Shown here in pieces: positions 22,948 to 33,602 of a stretch of 64,000 nt of DNA. Each line of letters begins with the position of its first letter. Position 1 is the first letter of the stretch. The translations under genes were made by a program, and so were the position numbers. The notes below the pieces were generated by a model. That model saw only the letters and a program-made list of their open reading frames with translations, did no database searches and was not told the origin of the DNA. The DNA lies in NCBI GenBank assembly GCA_963695855.1, contig CAVOHZ010000010.1, positions 448,001 to 512,000 on the forward strand. The letters run 5' to 3'. Origin of the DNA: an uncultured Nitrososphaerales archaeon (lineage in GTDB: Archaea; Thermoproteota; Nitrososphaeria; Nitrososphaerales; Nitrososphaeraceae).

Positions 22948-23057
22948 TCATAAATTATTAACATGATCATTTTCATTTAGATAAAGAGTCCTCTTTGGAA
23001 GGTCATAAATTATTAACATGATCATTTTCATTTAGATAAAGAGTCCTCTTTGGAAGG
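22947..23057. repeat. Exact tandem duplication, 2 x 55 bp
   Basis: GTCATAAATTATTAACATGATCATTTTCATTTAGATAAAGAGTCCTCTTTGGAAG twice. Confidence 0.95.
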
Positions 23058-24128
23058 TATATTATACTAAACAGCCTTTGTATACGCTTACATATTCTTT
23101 TGTAATTTTGCTTATATGAAATAAAGGATTACATCATACAAGTCAGCCTTTTCCAAATATTTTTTATCATATATCTTGAGATTTTTAGGATGCTTTATGA
23201 TATCGGTGGAATTTATTCTGTCATAGAAACCATACAACGGTTTCTATTCACTCTATAGCATACATTTTACATCGAGAATTTCTTTCTTACATCATTATGT
23301 CTGATATTTTGTTGTTAACCTGCAAAATTTAATGTCTTTTTTATACATGGTTTCTATCTTATCATGGTTTCATTTCAAATACCAGCATCATTTTTTTTGG
23401 GTTGATGTGACTTGTCTGTAGTTCTTTGCCTGTTTCTTTCCATCATCATATTTTTGTGCTTGTTCTACTTTTTGTCTTTTACATCAAGTATCCAAATCTT
23501 TAGTACCGTTTGAAGATGTTCGAAGTTGATTTCGATATCAAGTTCTTCGGTGAGATAATTTCCAGTGACCTCAGACTCCAAGTATTTCTCACATGACCAA
23601 AAATGATGTGTTCATTAAAAGTACAAAAGGTAAAATGTCTCTATATTCATATGTTATACGCATTTTTTACTACCTGTCTTTTTCATTTTCCAAACCACTA
23701 GTTTTTGTCTGGAGTTAAGCTGATACATATCTCTGCACAGACTTAATTAATGTTCACATAGTGTTCCTTCGGTTTATCTTTAAAAGTTCTACCATTACTT
23801 GTGTGGAGCATTACATGAAACCTTCGATAATCTCTCTTGTCTCTACTATTTTTTCAACAGTCGGTAGTATTTTTTTATCAATGACTTTAGACTCTCATTC
23901 TCTGCTGTAATAAGACTGAGATTTTTAGAACCACGTACACACATTTATGATATTGTGATATAAGCTTTATTTACCGAAGAATTTAGACCTTGTAATTATA
24001 AAAATATAGCATCAATTGAGACATCGTACTTCTAGTCGTTTAGTAGAATACTGAATATCTCGGAAAGTGAATAACTGTCAAGTATTCAAGATAAAACAAT
24101 ATAAGAAGACAAAACAGAAGTACATAGA

Positions 24129-25490
24129 ATGAATAATGTTATTGAATATCCACCAGGTCCCAAAGATCTACTTCCCTATAGCATTGCTCGGAAATTTCTT
24201 CGAGATCCTCTTAAAACATTAATTGTCTTATCTGAAACTTATGGTGATATATCTCACTTTAAATTTGGTAAACAGGATGTCTATTTCCTGAATAATCCTA
24301 ATTACATTGAAGAAGTATTAGTAACTAATTACAAGAATTTTATTAAAAGTAGAGGATTGCAGGTATCAAAACGTCTGTTGGGCATAGGTTTGCTTACTAG
24401 TGAGGGCATTTATCATGATAAACAACGACACTTAATACAACCAACATTCTCCCCGACGAGAATCAGATCATACGTTGACGTGATGATTAAAAAAACTCTG
24501 AATAGCTGTGAAAAGTGGAATGAGGGGTCAATACTAGATATTCATAAAGAGATGACACGGCTTACATTGGAAATTATTTGTAAAACCGTATTAAGTTATG
24601 ATATTAAACCGGAGGATGATGAAGTAGGAGATTCACTTCTAACTTGTATGGAGTATTTTAATCGTCTTTTAATGCCGTTTGGTGAATTAATTGAAAAAAT
24701 CCCAATTTTACCAATCAATAAGGGATTTCAAAAAGCCAAAGGAAATCTAGATTCAATAGTTTTTAGAATAATCGACGAACATAGAGTCAAATTAGAGAAA
24801 AATGAGCAAGATAATGATCTATTATTTACTCTTTTACAGGCACAAGACTATGGTTCAGGCATTGGGAAGATGACTGACCAACAATTAAGAGATGAAGTAA
24901 TGACCATATTTTTGGCAGGACATGAAACAACCGCAAATGCGCTTACTTGGACATTTTATTTGTTATCCGAACATCCTACCATCGATGCTAGACTTCAAGA
25001 AGAAATTCATTCGATTTTTTGTAACAAAATAGATATGTCATTTCATGATATCTCAAAACTGCAATATACTGCAAAAGTACTGACAGAGTCTATGAGACTT
25101 TATCCACCTGCATGGGCTTTAGGACGTCAAGCGATTAATGATTGCAAAATTGGAAAATACATAATTCCGTCGGGTTCTATAATCTTAATGAGTCAATATG
25201 TGATGCACCGTAGTCAACATTATTTTCCCGAGCCTAACTCTTTTTATCCTGATCGTTGGACTGATGAATTTAAGAAAAGCCTGCCAAGATTTAGCTATTT
25301 TCCTTTTGGTGGTGGAATTAGAGGTTGCGTTGGAGAACCATTCGCATGGATGGAAGCAATTATCATTACAGCTGTCATAAACAGACTGTGGAAGATGAAT
25401 AGTACATTATCAAATAAGGTTGCTTTGAAACCATTGATAACATTGCGACCAAAGTACGGAATGCATCTGAAAATAACCAGAAGAGAATAA
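24129..25490 (+). CDS. Cytochrome P450
   Basis: AGHETT I-helix, ESMR (ExxR), PDRW, FGGGIRGCVG heme motif. Confidence 0.96.
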   Translation: MNNVIEYPPGPKDLLPYSIARKFLRDPLKTLIVLSETYGDISHFKFGKQDVYFLNNPNYIEEVLVTNYKNFIKSRGLQVSKRLLGIGLLTSEGIYHDKQRHLIQPTFSPTRIRSYVDVMIKKTLNSCEKWNEGSILDIHKEMTRLTLEIICKTVLSYDIKPEDDEVGDSLLTCMEYFNRLLMPFGELIEKIPILPINKGFQKAKGNLDSIVFRIIDEHRVKLEKNEQDNDLLFTLLQAQDYGSGIGKMTDQQLRDEVMTIFLAGHETTANALTWTFYLLSEHPTIDARLQEEIHSIFCNKIDMSFHDISKLQYTAKVLTESMRLYPPAWALGRQAINDCKIGKYIIPSGSIILMSQYVMHRSQHYFPEPNSFYPDRWTDEFKKSLPRFSYFPFGGGIRGCVGEPFAWMEAIIITAVINRLWKMNSTLSNKVALKPLITLRPKYGMHLKITRRE

Positions 25491-25662
25491 AAAAGAAATA
25501 TAATTTTATTTAAAATCCCAATTATCAAAAATCATTTTCAGATTATTAGACTCCTTGTTTCTTCTACTTTATACTCACATAGGACCGCTGTTATTGACAA
25601 ATGTTTCAGTCAAGCTTTAATCTATATAATACACATTTATCTTACTGATCTGTATATCCGAT

Positions 25663-27000
25663 ATGCAAAGAACTTCTACCATTAAAACTACTGTTAAGAC
25701 CAAAAAGGCCTATTCCCCATATGAGAAGTTTTTACGGTCAATCCATACCGAGGCAACCAGAACAGGATACAGTTATTACCTGAAACAGTTTCTGGAATAC
25801 TGTGGTTTTAATAAATATGAACAGTTACTTGTAAACATTTCTACCAAGAAGAAAGAAGATTTGATACGTAGTTACATTCAGTATCTGGTACAGGATAGAA
25901 AATTATCTTATTCAACTGTTAATAATACTACTGCAGCAATTCGTCTATTCTACGTAGCAAATGGTGTCTATCTGGCATTCTGGGAATCTTTGAAAAGTAT
26001 TAAAGGTAAAAATAAACTGATTATTAAGAATCGAACTTACACTGTTGACGAACTAAAATCATTGATTGAATATGCAGATTTGAGGGAAAAAGTTGCAGTT
26101 CTTGTAATGTTGTCAAGTGGAATTAGAGTTGGTGCACTTGCTAGGTTGAGGGTTGGTGATTTAAAGTATAATGAAGAATACAAACTGTATAGGATAGAGG
26201 CCTATAACAACGAGGAAGATGATACTACGGCAAATGATATGTACATTACCTATTGTACCCCAGAATGTGCTACTTATATCAACAAGTACTTGGAGGATCG
26301 TAAGAAAGGGGGTAAGGAAACCATTACTAAGGATTCACCACTTATCACGCATAAAATAGATTCTCCTACTAGAGATAGGAAAAAAAATTCCTATTTAAGT
26401 GTCAAGTCCATAGAAAAGGTGCTATCCAGGTTAAGGTACGATGCCAAAGTTATTGAACCTATTACAATGAAGGAATTGAGGAGGAAGGTAAGGGAGCAAC
26501 CCAATAAAAGGCCGTCTCAATTCATGCGCAAAGAAATAATGAGTACTCACGCATTTAGAAAATTCTTTGATACTGCATGTGTAGACAATAACGTCAACAT
26601 AAACATTATGAAGGCATTAATGGGTCATGATATCGGTCTACAAAAACACTACTACAAACCTGAAAATGAAAATAAGTTATTATCCGAGTACCTGAAGATA
26701 ATCGATGCTCTGACGGTAGATGAATCCTATAGGTTAAGACGCAAGACGGAGAAATTAGAAAAACAGGTTGAGGAAATCAACATATTAAAACAACAGATGA
26801 AGGAAAAAGATCAGGAATGGGGTAACGCATTACAGGATGCGTATTACACAAGTGAAGAATTAGAGACTATGAAAAAAGAATTTACTAAAGTTGTACAAGA
26901 ATCTTATGATTACCAAACCTACACAGAAGCAGAATTAGGGTTTTTAAGAAAACAATTAGAGATATTAAAACGTCAACTAAAAGAAAAGAATAAAAAATAA
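25663..27000 (+). CDS. Tyrosine recombinase/integrase with a C-terminal coiled coil
   Basis: SSGIRVG (R), HAFRKFF (HxxR), LMGH, HYY (catalytic Y). Confidence 0.93.
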   Translation: MQRTSTIKTTVKTKKAYSPYEKFLRSIHTEATRTGYSYYLKQFLEYCGFNKYEQLLVNISTKKKEDLIRSYIQYLVQDRKLSYSTVNNTTAAIRLFYVANGVYLAFWESLKSIKGKNKLIIKNRTYTVDELKSLIEYADLREKVAVLVMLSSGIRVGALARLRVGDLKYNEEYKLYRIEAYNNEEDDTTANDMYITYCTPECATYINKYLEDRKKGGKETITKDSPLITHKIDSPTRDRKKNSYLSVKSIEKVLSRLRYDAKVIEPITMKELRRKVREQPNKRPSQFMRKEIMSTHAFRKFFDTACVDNNVNINIMKALMGHDIGLQKHYYKPENENKLLSEYLKIIDALTVDESYRLRRKTEKLEKQVEEINILKQQMKEKDQEWGNALQDAYYTSEELETMKKEFTKVVQESYDYQTYTEAELGFLRKQLEILKRQLKEKNKK

Positions 27001-27387
27001 ATTTTCTTTCTGGATGAAATTTCATCCAAAATTAGAAAGAATAGTCGTCGTCCTTGTGAGGAGCATCGTAAGCATTGCATTTCATGCATAATTCCAAGTC
27101 ACTACCAAATGTCCTTTCCAATTCTAAGTAATCCGTCTCTCTTCCACACTGATCACAATGGAAATAGTACCAGTACGGCTTACCGTCTACGGGTGAAGTC
27201 ATTTTATTTCGGTGCTACTGGAAAGCAAATGTTAAATCTGATGAAATAATATTTAGAATTACTACTTTCAGATTTGACATCATGGTAGATGTTTTTGCGC
27301 TGGAGGTGGTAAAGATTTCTAGAGAGGGTCTTGTTTGCCCTTGGCCCTCTCTCCTATTTTTCTTCTCAATTACAATATTTTTCATTT

Positions 27388-27522
27388 CTATTTTTTTCCT
27401 TTCTGCTGCATATAGTAGTCGAATAACCTTAGGATTATTCCTTCATAGGTTTCACCTTTGACGCCTATCTTTTTCAATTTCTCGCGTGTGTCACTATCAA
27501 CAACGATTGTTGTTCTTACCAT
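27388..27522 (-). CDS. 44-aa RHH/antitoxin-like DNA-binding protein (not in ORF track)
   Basis: MVRTTIVVDSDTREKLKKIGVKGETYEGIILRLFD: beta-helix-helix pattern. Confidence 0.65.
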   Translation of the reverse strand: MVRTTIVVDSDTREKLKKIGVKGETYEGIILRLFDYYMQQKGKK

Positions 27523-27669
27523 ATTTTCATGAATGATGTTCATCATTATAATTACTTCTGATATAACATACTTATAAAGTATATGTCAGTATACAATTAA
27601 TGCATTAACAGTTATTCCATATGTAAGAATCATTATAGTATATATGATGGAATGTAATTAGAAATCTGT

Positions 27670-28743
27670 ATGACTAGCCCGACAAACGAAGAACGAATAG
27701 ACGAACTGATGAAAATGTTAAAACATGAGTCAGGTAAAATGAATTGGAAAGTAGTTGTAGATATAGTAAAAGAAGAATTGAAACCTTACCAGATACAAGG
27801 CTTTGCTCCTTCTCTTAGAACTATGTTTTATCGTCTATATTCAAAAGGCGTATTGCCCAATACCGAATATCATTACAATCAACTGAGCAAGGTCACGGCT
27901 GACGCAAGGATGGATAGACGTCTGCCGATAGATTGTTTTTCAGATTCAAGCAGAAACATGATAGCAGATTTCACAGAGGTTTATAAAACAATAGACGATT
28001 TTATGGACAGGGATTATCTGAAAAAAATAAAAGAACTGCCTGAAAAATATCCGGAACTTATACCAAGATGGCATCGACAACCTGAATATATTGAGGTCTG
28101 GATTGAAAAGGATGCTATGTTGGGAACATTTGAATCCATTCTTGAAGGAAGGGATGTTAGAATAGTTTCAAACAAAGGTTTTGACAGTCTATCATGGCTT
28201 TTGAAAAATGTAAAAAGATTGAGTATGTGGAGTAGGAAATGGGTTGATTCATCAATATTATTAGATGACCCAACGACGAGTAATTATAGACCCGCATTAA
28301 AGAATATTCATGTTCTGTATTTCGGTGACTTTGATCCATCAGGTGAAGATATGGATAGAGACCTGGAGAATAGGATTGATCTACTAAGGGAATACAAGCA
28401 TACAGGCATATCATTTGATGAAATAGATTTTCAGAGGATTGCAGTAACGAAAGATCAGATTAGAGAATATAATCTGCCGATAGATATAGATGCTGAAACC
28501 CAGGAGAAACTGGACAGGGATTCCAGAACCCCAGGATTCATAGAAAAATACGGCGAACTGTATGCTGTTGAACTTGATGCGTTGCCTGCTATTGTTCCCG
28601 ATGAATTTAGAGAATTGGTAATCGGTTCAGTTGACAAACATTTTGATGAAGATATCCATGAAGAAAATACGGCAGATTATTCTGAAGATGATACCAAGAA
28701 ATTAATAAAAAAATATTTAAAACAATTTTTAAAAGAATTCTGA
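27670..28743 (+). CDS. Spo11/TopoVI-A-like wHTH+TOPRIM protein
   Basis: SLRTMFY (candidate catalytic Tyr), IEVWIEKD, YFGDFDPSG, ELDAL. Confidence 0.78.
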   Translation: MTSPTNEERIDELMKMLKHESGKMNWKVVVDIVKEELKPYQIQGFAPSLRTMFYRLYSKGVLPNTEYHYNQLSKVTADARMDRRLPIDCFSDSSRNMIADFTEVYKTIDDFMDRDYLKKIKELPEKYPELIPRWHRQPEYIEVWIEKDAMLGTFESILEGRDVRIVSNKGFDSLSWLLKNVKRLSMWSRKWVDSSILLDDPTTSNYRPALKNIHVLYFGDFDPSGEDMDRDLENRIDLLREYKHTGISFDEIDFQRIAVTKDQIREYNLPIDIDAETQEKLDRDSRTPGFIEKYGELYAVELDALPAIVPDEFRELVIGSVDKHFDEDIHEENTADYSEDDTKKLIKKYLKQFLKEF

Positions 28744-28873
28744 TTTTTTGTGTGGCTAGTCACACAATCCACATTTTATTTTAAATTAAAATTTATTTTA
28801 TTTTAATCATTCAAAAATTTTTTGTGAAGATATTCCCATACTGGTTTATTAATAACAATTTTAATCCAAATAA

Positions 28874-29176
28874 ATGATAATCATGCAAAAAGAATTTGAA
28901 GAATTAGAACGTTGTGCGGATTGTGGTCATTATGGTGGTTACGAAGTGGTAGGAATTCCTGCTTATGATGATTCTGGTGCCCGTTGTTATCTCTGTGGCG
29001 AATCAGCAAAGACCAGATCACTGCCTTCTATGTTGTATCTAGATGGTGTAACAAATGAAGCACCACATTTTCGTTTTCTGATATGCAAGAATTGTATTGA
29101 TCACGCATATGAAGAACTAACACTGGCGTATAATTCAGAATCATATCAAGGATATGTACAAAGAATGTCCAGGTAA
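28874..29176 (+). CDS. Zinc-finger hypothetical protein
   Basis: CADC, CYLC, CKNC. Confidence 0.6.
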   Translation: MIIMQKEFEELERCADCGHYGGYEVVGIPAYDDSGARCYLCGESAKTRSLPSMLYLDGVTNEAPHFRFLICKNCIDHAYEELTLAYNSESYQGYVQRMSR

Positions 29177-29381
29177 AAATTTTAATTTTTCAGACTGAGT
29201 TAGGATATGACCACCGTGGCCACCGTGTCCAAAAATGTTTCATTATTACAATATTTCATATTGTACTTGTAGATCAGTTGCTATTCTTCTTATAGTCAAT
29301 ATTTCAGCATGATAAAATATTACAAGATTAGATAATGTTCCTTCCAACCATAGATATATTAAATTCGTATTTAACAATGCA

Positions 29382-30377
29382 ATGAGCGATAGTAAGAATA
29401 GAATCATAGTTTTTGCTTCTATACTGGGAGCAATACTGGCGACAAGTATACTGGCTCTAAACCCATCAACAATTACAAGTGCAGGTGCACAAATGGATGG
29501 AGACCAGTACGGATATGATAGGAACTATTACCAAGACGACAATAGATACGGATATGATAACCATGAAAAAAAGAGTTCTCATGGAGATATTCAGAAAATA
29601 AAGTGTGTAAACAGTAACATAAACGTCAATGGTGTAGATATTACCAAGATACCTCGAGACGACATTGCTGGTGTAGCGGCGGCAAATGAAGGAGGAACAG
29701 CAGCAGACGCAGCAAATACACAAAATGGTAACGGACTCGATAGAATAAACTTCGACAAGAATCTAGTAAACGTATGTGTAAATGTCAATGACAACGAACA
29801 GACAAAAATTACTCCTCCAGGTGAAACACCACCACCAGTAGAAGAAACAGCAACATTAACCGTAAATAAACAAGTTTTTGGTTGTACTGTTGTTATTGGT
29901 GGTGCAATGACTTGTGACCTACAAAATACTTCACCATTATGGCAGGCATGTGCCGATCCGACATCGGATATATTCGGTAACTCTTTCTGTGAAGGATTAC
30001 CAGAAGACACATTCAATATTGAAGTATTAGATGGGCAGGATAATCAAATTCGGCCCCCGTTTCAAGGATCTGCAATAGGAACAACAATTCCAAATCTGCA
30101 ACCAGGCAATTATCAAGTAAATGAGATAAAAAATCCGGATATTACTGTCGAGAACGAGTTAGTACGAAATGCAGATTCCCAAATAGGATGTCTTCTTAAC
30201 GGATTTGATGATGGCGGACAATTGTTTGCCTCATCACCGGGCATAATATATGAAGATATATGTTTTGAATATGAAGACGAACAGGGAAATGATTGCAGTA
30301 CATTGACATTAGCGCCAGGAGAAGAAAAGACATGCACAGTTAAGAACTACATACAACTTGCTTATCCCCAATCTTGA
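29382..30377 (+). CDS. Secreted surface protein with a Cys-rich beta-sandwich domain
   Basis: Signal peptide; Tyr/Asp tract; KIKCVNSNINVNG; ATLTVNK..CTVKN. Confidence 0.75.
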   Translation: MSDSKNRIIVFASILGAILATSILALNPSTITSAGAQMDGDQYGYDRNYYQDDNRYGYDNHEKKSSHGDIQKIKCVNSNINVNGVDITKIPRDDIAGVAAANEGGTAADAANTQNGNGLDRINFDKNLVNVCVNVNDNEQTKITPPGETPPPVEETATLTVNKQVFGCTVVIGGAMTCDLQNTSPLWQACADPTSDIFGNSFCEGLPEDTFNIEVLDGQDNQIRPPFQGSAIGTTIPNLQPGNYQVNEIKNPDITVENELVRNADSQIGCLLNGFDDGGQLFASSPGIIYEDICFEYEDEQGNDCSTLTLAPGEEKTCTVKNYIQLAYPQS

Positions 30378-30546
30378 TGTGACGGGGTAAACTCCACTTT
30401 TTTTTTATTTTGTTTCTAATCTGGGTTAATTAATTATTTGGGAATATACATTCCATTATCGATAAAGTCTCTTGCTAGCAATTTCTTTTTGGTTTCTTTC
30501 TCCTCTTCCGTAACCGTTACCAGTTTATCCATTGTATTCATCATCA

Positions 30547-33033
30547 TTACTCCCATGCGTTCCCCTTAAAGTCTACCTGTACTCCCTCCCTCCTTAAGGA
30601 CTCAATCCGATCCTTCGTAGGTTGGGGAGGCTGATCATTATGTGCTAACATACTATGAATAAGGTGCTGTTTGATGTCAGGAGATTCATTGTCGCAGTAG
30701 TTGCAGCCGTATAGTAATTCCATTGGTGCTCTTGTTGTCGTCTCTGTCGTCGATTCCTTGTCTTTCATATCTTTGTTATCGATTATGCCCTCAATCGATA
30801 TGAATGGGCTTATTTTGCCAAAAGGAGCAATATTTGGGCTCCGATTGTTATCGATTGGGCTAGGGGCAGTGTGGTATATTTTTACAAATTCATCTGGTGA
30901 AATCTTAGTTTTTCCCTCGTCGTTTAGTATCTGAAACCTATTTTCATCATTTAGATAATAAATAAGATTTTCCATGTTATACCCCTGACCCAATCGATAT
31001 GAAATCAACTGTGTTATTTTAGATAATATCCAATCTTCATTGATTTTTTCTGTAATTTTTTCATAAAGACCATTACTTTGTTGTGAAAGCACATCGATTG
31101 GCTTCATAATCGATATACTAGATATGCTTTCTGTGACCAATGGATAGTAAATATATTGCTTTGAGTTTATCTTGGAGTTTGTATAGTCGATTATTCCCTC
31201 GTTGACTAACTGATTTAGGAATGTTTGTTTTAGATTATCAGTCGAAATGGGTTTCTTTTTAACCTCCTTGTAAAAGTCGCAAAGTTCCCTTGTTGTTACT
31301 GCCACCACCTCTTCACATTTTTCTGATTTCTCACCCGTGTTTTGAATATCTACATGGCCATCCTTCGAATTGTAGCATGGGATGAAGACATCCCTTAAGA
31401 AGTCCAATTTAAATTTAGGCAGTCCCTCAAAATTCTGATTCATGGAAAGCACCTCCTTAAGGTCCTCGAGTTCAGCAATTACTGACGTTTCACCTTCCAG
31501 GACCAACAGTTTTCTAAGATTAAGTTTTACAACAGGAACGATATTCAGTAATGCAAAAACCCTTTTTAGAAATCTTACATCCATACCCTTGTTATGTGGT
31601 AGTTGTTTCTCCAACACGTCATTGTATGGAACCCAGACGCTTATCTTTCGGTTCTTATTTTTCTCTTTCAATTCTCTGATTTTGTGTTTTATTAGTAGGA
31701 CACACTGTTTTGTTAGGTCGATTCGTTCATTAGAGATTATTAGTTGTTCTTGAATTATATTCGGCATTCCGTAAGTTACCGCTATCAATTCGTTAGATTG
31801 TTTATACTTTTCAGGAACCATATTAGGAGACGTTGGAAGAATCCTGCTCTTTATCTCAGGCCATATCTCCCATTTTGATTCATCTTTTGCACTGCAGAAA
31901 ATACAGGCTGGCCAACCTCTAACCAATACTTTCTTAGTTTGATGACCCGTTCTGTCAGTATGATTTACAAAGTCATATTGCATCTCTCTTTTATCATGTT
32001 CCTCTGATAGGACTACCCTCACTATCTGATTTTCAGTATCTATTTCAACAACTGTAATTGCAGTTACCGACGAACTAAATCCAGGGTCAATACCTACACC
32101 ATGTAAACAACCGGAATTGATAGATAAGTCTCTGTATTTCTCTCCTAATTCTATAGCGTCTTCAATGTCTACTAGACTGAATATGTTACCTATATGGCCT
32201 GTATATTGGAGATTGTATTCTCTTTCGAATGATGGCGAGATTTTGGCCTTTTCAATATCTTCTGTTGAATATATTTTATCCAATCCATACCTGTAGTCTA
32301 ATTTGATTCTTTTATAAAGACATTCGTTTACTGGTTCTTGTTCAATAGTTTGCATAAGTCCACCTGGAGCATTTGGTGTACTAACCATTACAATGAAAGG
32401 GTTAGACTTTGCGATATAACGTTCTGATACTGCTCTTACATCTTCCTGTTGACCCTTACTAAAAAAGTCACATTCATCTAATAAAATGAATTTAGGATTA
32501 TCTAGACTTCGGAAACTATCTACATGATGACTAGGAAAACTTTCGATAGTCACACCATTTAGTTTAACAAGGGTTTCTTTTGTATCAAAGTAAATATTTA
32601 ATTGTTGAAATAAATTTTTTATTCTAGTTATTAATTTCTTTGAAAGTTCCCAATTAGGTCCAGTAACAAGTACAAATTGAGAACCCTGGTATGTATTATC
32701 TTTAAGACATAGATAGACCATATATCTTAGGAATAATTCAGTAATACCTAATCCTGTAGCCTTCAATATCCATAAATGTTTACTATCTTTTAATAATTCT
32801 ATAATCTGATTCTCATAATCAAATAATGGTTTCTCTAACCCATTTTTTTGGGGCATGCCTAATATATGATTAAAACAACATGTTCCATTAGTTGTCACAT
32901 ATTGCTTATTATGCTCTACTTTATCCCATATGTAAAATGGTTTATCTTTGAAGATTTGTAGTCTTGGATTGCTAGTATTAGAATACTGGTTCTGATTCTG
33001 TGATATTAGTTTCTGTAAGTCTTTCCATCCCAT
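30547..33033 (-). CDS. Terminase large-subunit-like ATPase fused in frame to a replication-protein-like C-terminal half
   Basis: aa 1-350: ILKATGLGITE (degenerate Walker A), ILLDE, VMVSTPN, FEREY, GIDPG; aa 351-828: unrelated region with wHTH and C2H2 finger. Confidence 0.72.
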   Translation of the reverse strand: MGWKDLQKLISQNQNQYSNTSNPRLQIFKDKPFYIWDKVEHNKQYVTTNGTCCFNHILGMPQKNGLEKPLFDYENQIIELLKDSKHLWILKATGLGITELFLRYMVYLCLKDNTYQGSQFVLVTGPNWELSKKLITRIKNLFQQLNIYFDTKETLVKLNGVTIESFPSHHVDSFRSLDNPKFILLDECDFFSKGQQEDVRAVSERYIAKSNPFIVMVSTPNAPGGLMQTIEQEPVNECLYKRIKLDYRYGLDKIYSTEDIEKAKISPSFEREYNLQYTGHIGNIFSLVDIEDAIELGEKYRDLSINSGCLHGVGIDPGFSSSVTAITVVEIDTENQIVRVVLSEEHDKREMQYDFVNHTDRTGHQTKKVLVRGWPACIFCSAKDESKWEIWPEIKSRILPTSPNMVPEKYKQSNELIAVTYGMPNIIQEQLIISNERIDLTKQCVLLIKHKIRELKEKNKNRKISVWVPYNDVLEKQLPHNKGMDVRFLKRVFALLNIVPVVKLNLRKLLVLEGETSVIAELEDLKEVLSMNQNFEGLPKFKLDFLRDVFIPCYNSKDGHVDIQNTGEKSEKCEEVVAVTTRELCDFYKEVKKKPISTDNLKQTFLNQLVNEGIIDYTNSKINSKQYIYYPLVTESISSISIMKPIDVLSQQSNGLYEKITEKINEDWILSKITQLISYRLGQGYNMENLIYYLNDENRFQILNDEGKTKISPDEFVKIYHTAPSPIDNNRSPNIAPFGKISPFISIEGIIDNKDMKDKESTTETTTRAPMELLYGCNYCDNESPDIKQHLIHSMLAHNDQPPQPTKDRIESLRREGVQVDFKGNAWE

Positions 33034-33499
33034 TGTTATTATTTACCTTACCATTACCATTATTATTAGATAATTTGTTTTTGTGTACTTCTACGAATTT
33101 AATAGAATCCTGCAGTAATGAAGCGTTAGTTAATAGGTCCATTTTAGTTGAATAGGTATCCTTTATCAGTGATAACGATTGTAGTTTCTCTTTTGTATCC
33201 CCTTCCTTTTCTGCTTTTGCTGCTATAATCCAGGATTCCTTAATGATTTCTTCCAAACCCTGCAGACATTTGTTATATTCGTACGGTAACCGTTGCTGTA
33301 TATGATTCCTTATTATCTCTATTGCCTGTTCCTTCAATAGGTCCGCATCTCTTGAAATGGTAGCCTCACTTATCTGCAGCATCCTCGATATCTCTGCCTG
33401 TGAGTATCCCTTAACTGCTAACTCCTGGACCTTACTACGACGCCACTTGAGGCGTTCTTTCATCTGTGATTTTGGACCTTTCATCTTTTCATTAGCCAA
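32978..33499 (-). CDS. HTH protein, candidate terminase small subunit
   Basis: GYSQAEISRMLQISEATISRD HTH plus helical hairpin; overlaps the TerL start. Confidence 0.6.
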   Translation of the reverse strand: MANEKMKGPKSQMKERLKWRRSKVQELAVKGYSQAEISRMLQISEATISRDADLLKEQAIEIIRNHIQQRLPYEYNKCLQGLEEIIKESWIIAAKAEKEGDTKEKLQSLSLIKDTYSTKMDLLTNASLLQDSIKFVEVHKNKLSNNNGNGKVNNNNGMERLTETNITESEPVF

Positions 33500-33602
33500 C
33501 TCTTAATACTTGCATTTAGGTTAGTAACTATAATAAGTATAGTGGATTCAACTGCCAGGACAGAAGACACATTAAGGCGATTCATAGACATACCGTTAGT
33601 AT

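Noticed and set aside
22947-23057. Tandem repeat as a CRISPR array
   Set aside because: Two abutting 55-bp copies, no spacers, no cas genes
23080-23920. Possible highly decayed transposase
   Set aside because: Fragments look coding-like but no motif could be read confidently
25530-25660. att sites or terminal inverted repeats shared with 38250-38450
   Set aside because: Only short, out-of-order matches, compatible with chance
29211-29227. CCACCGTG direct repeat as a third iteron set
   Set aside because: Only two copies and no adjacent rep gene; too short to support
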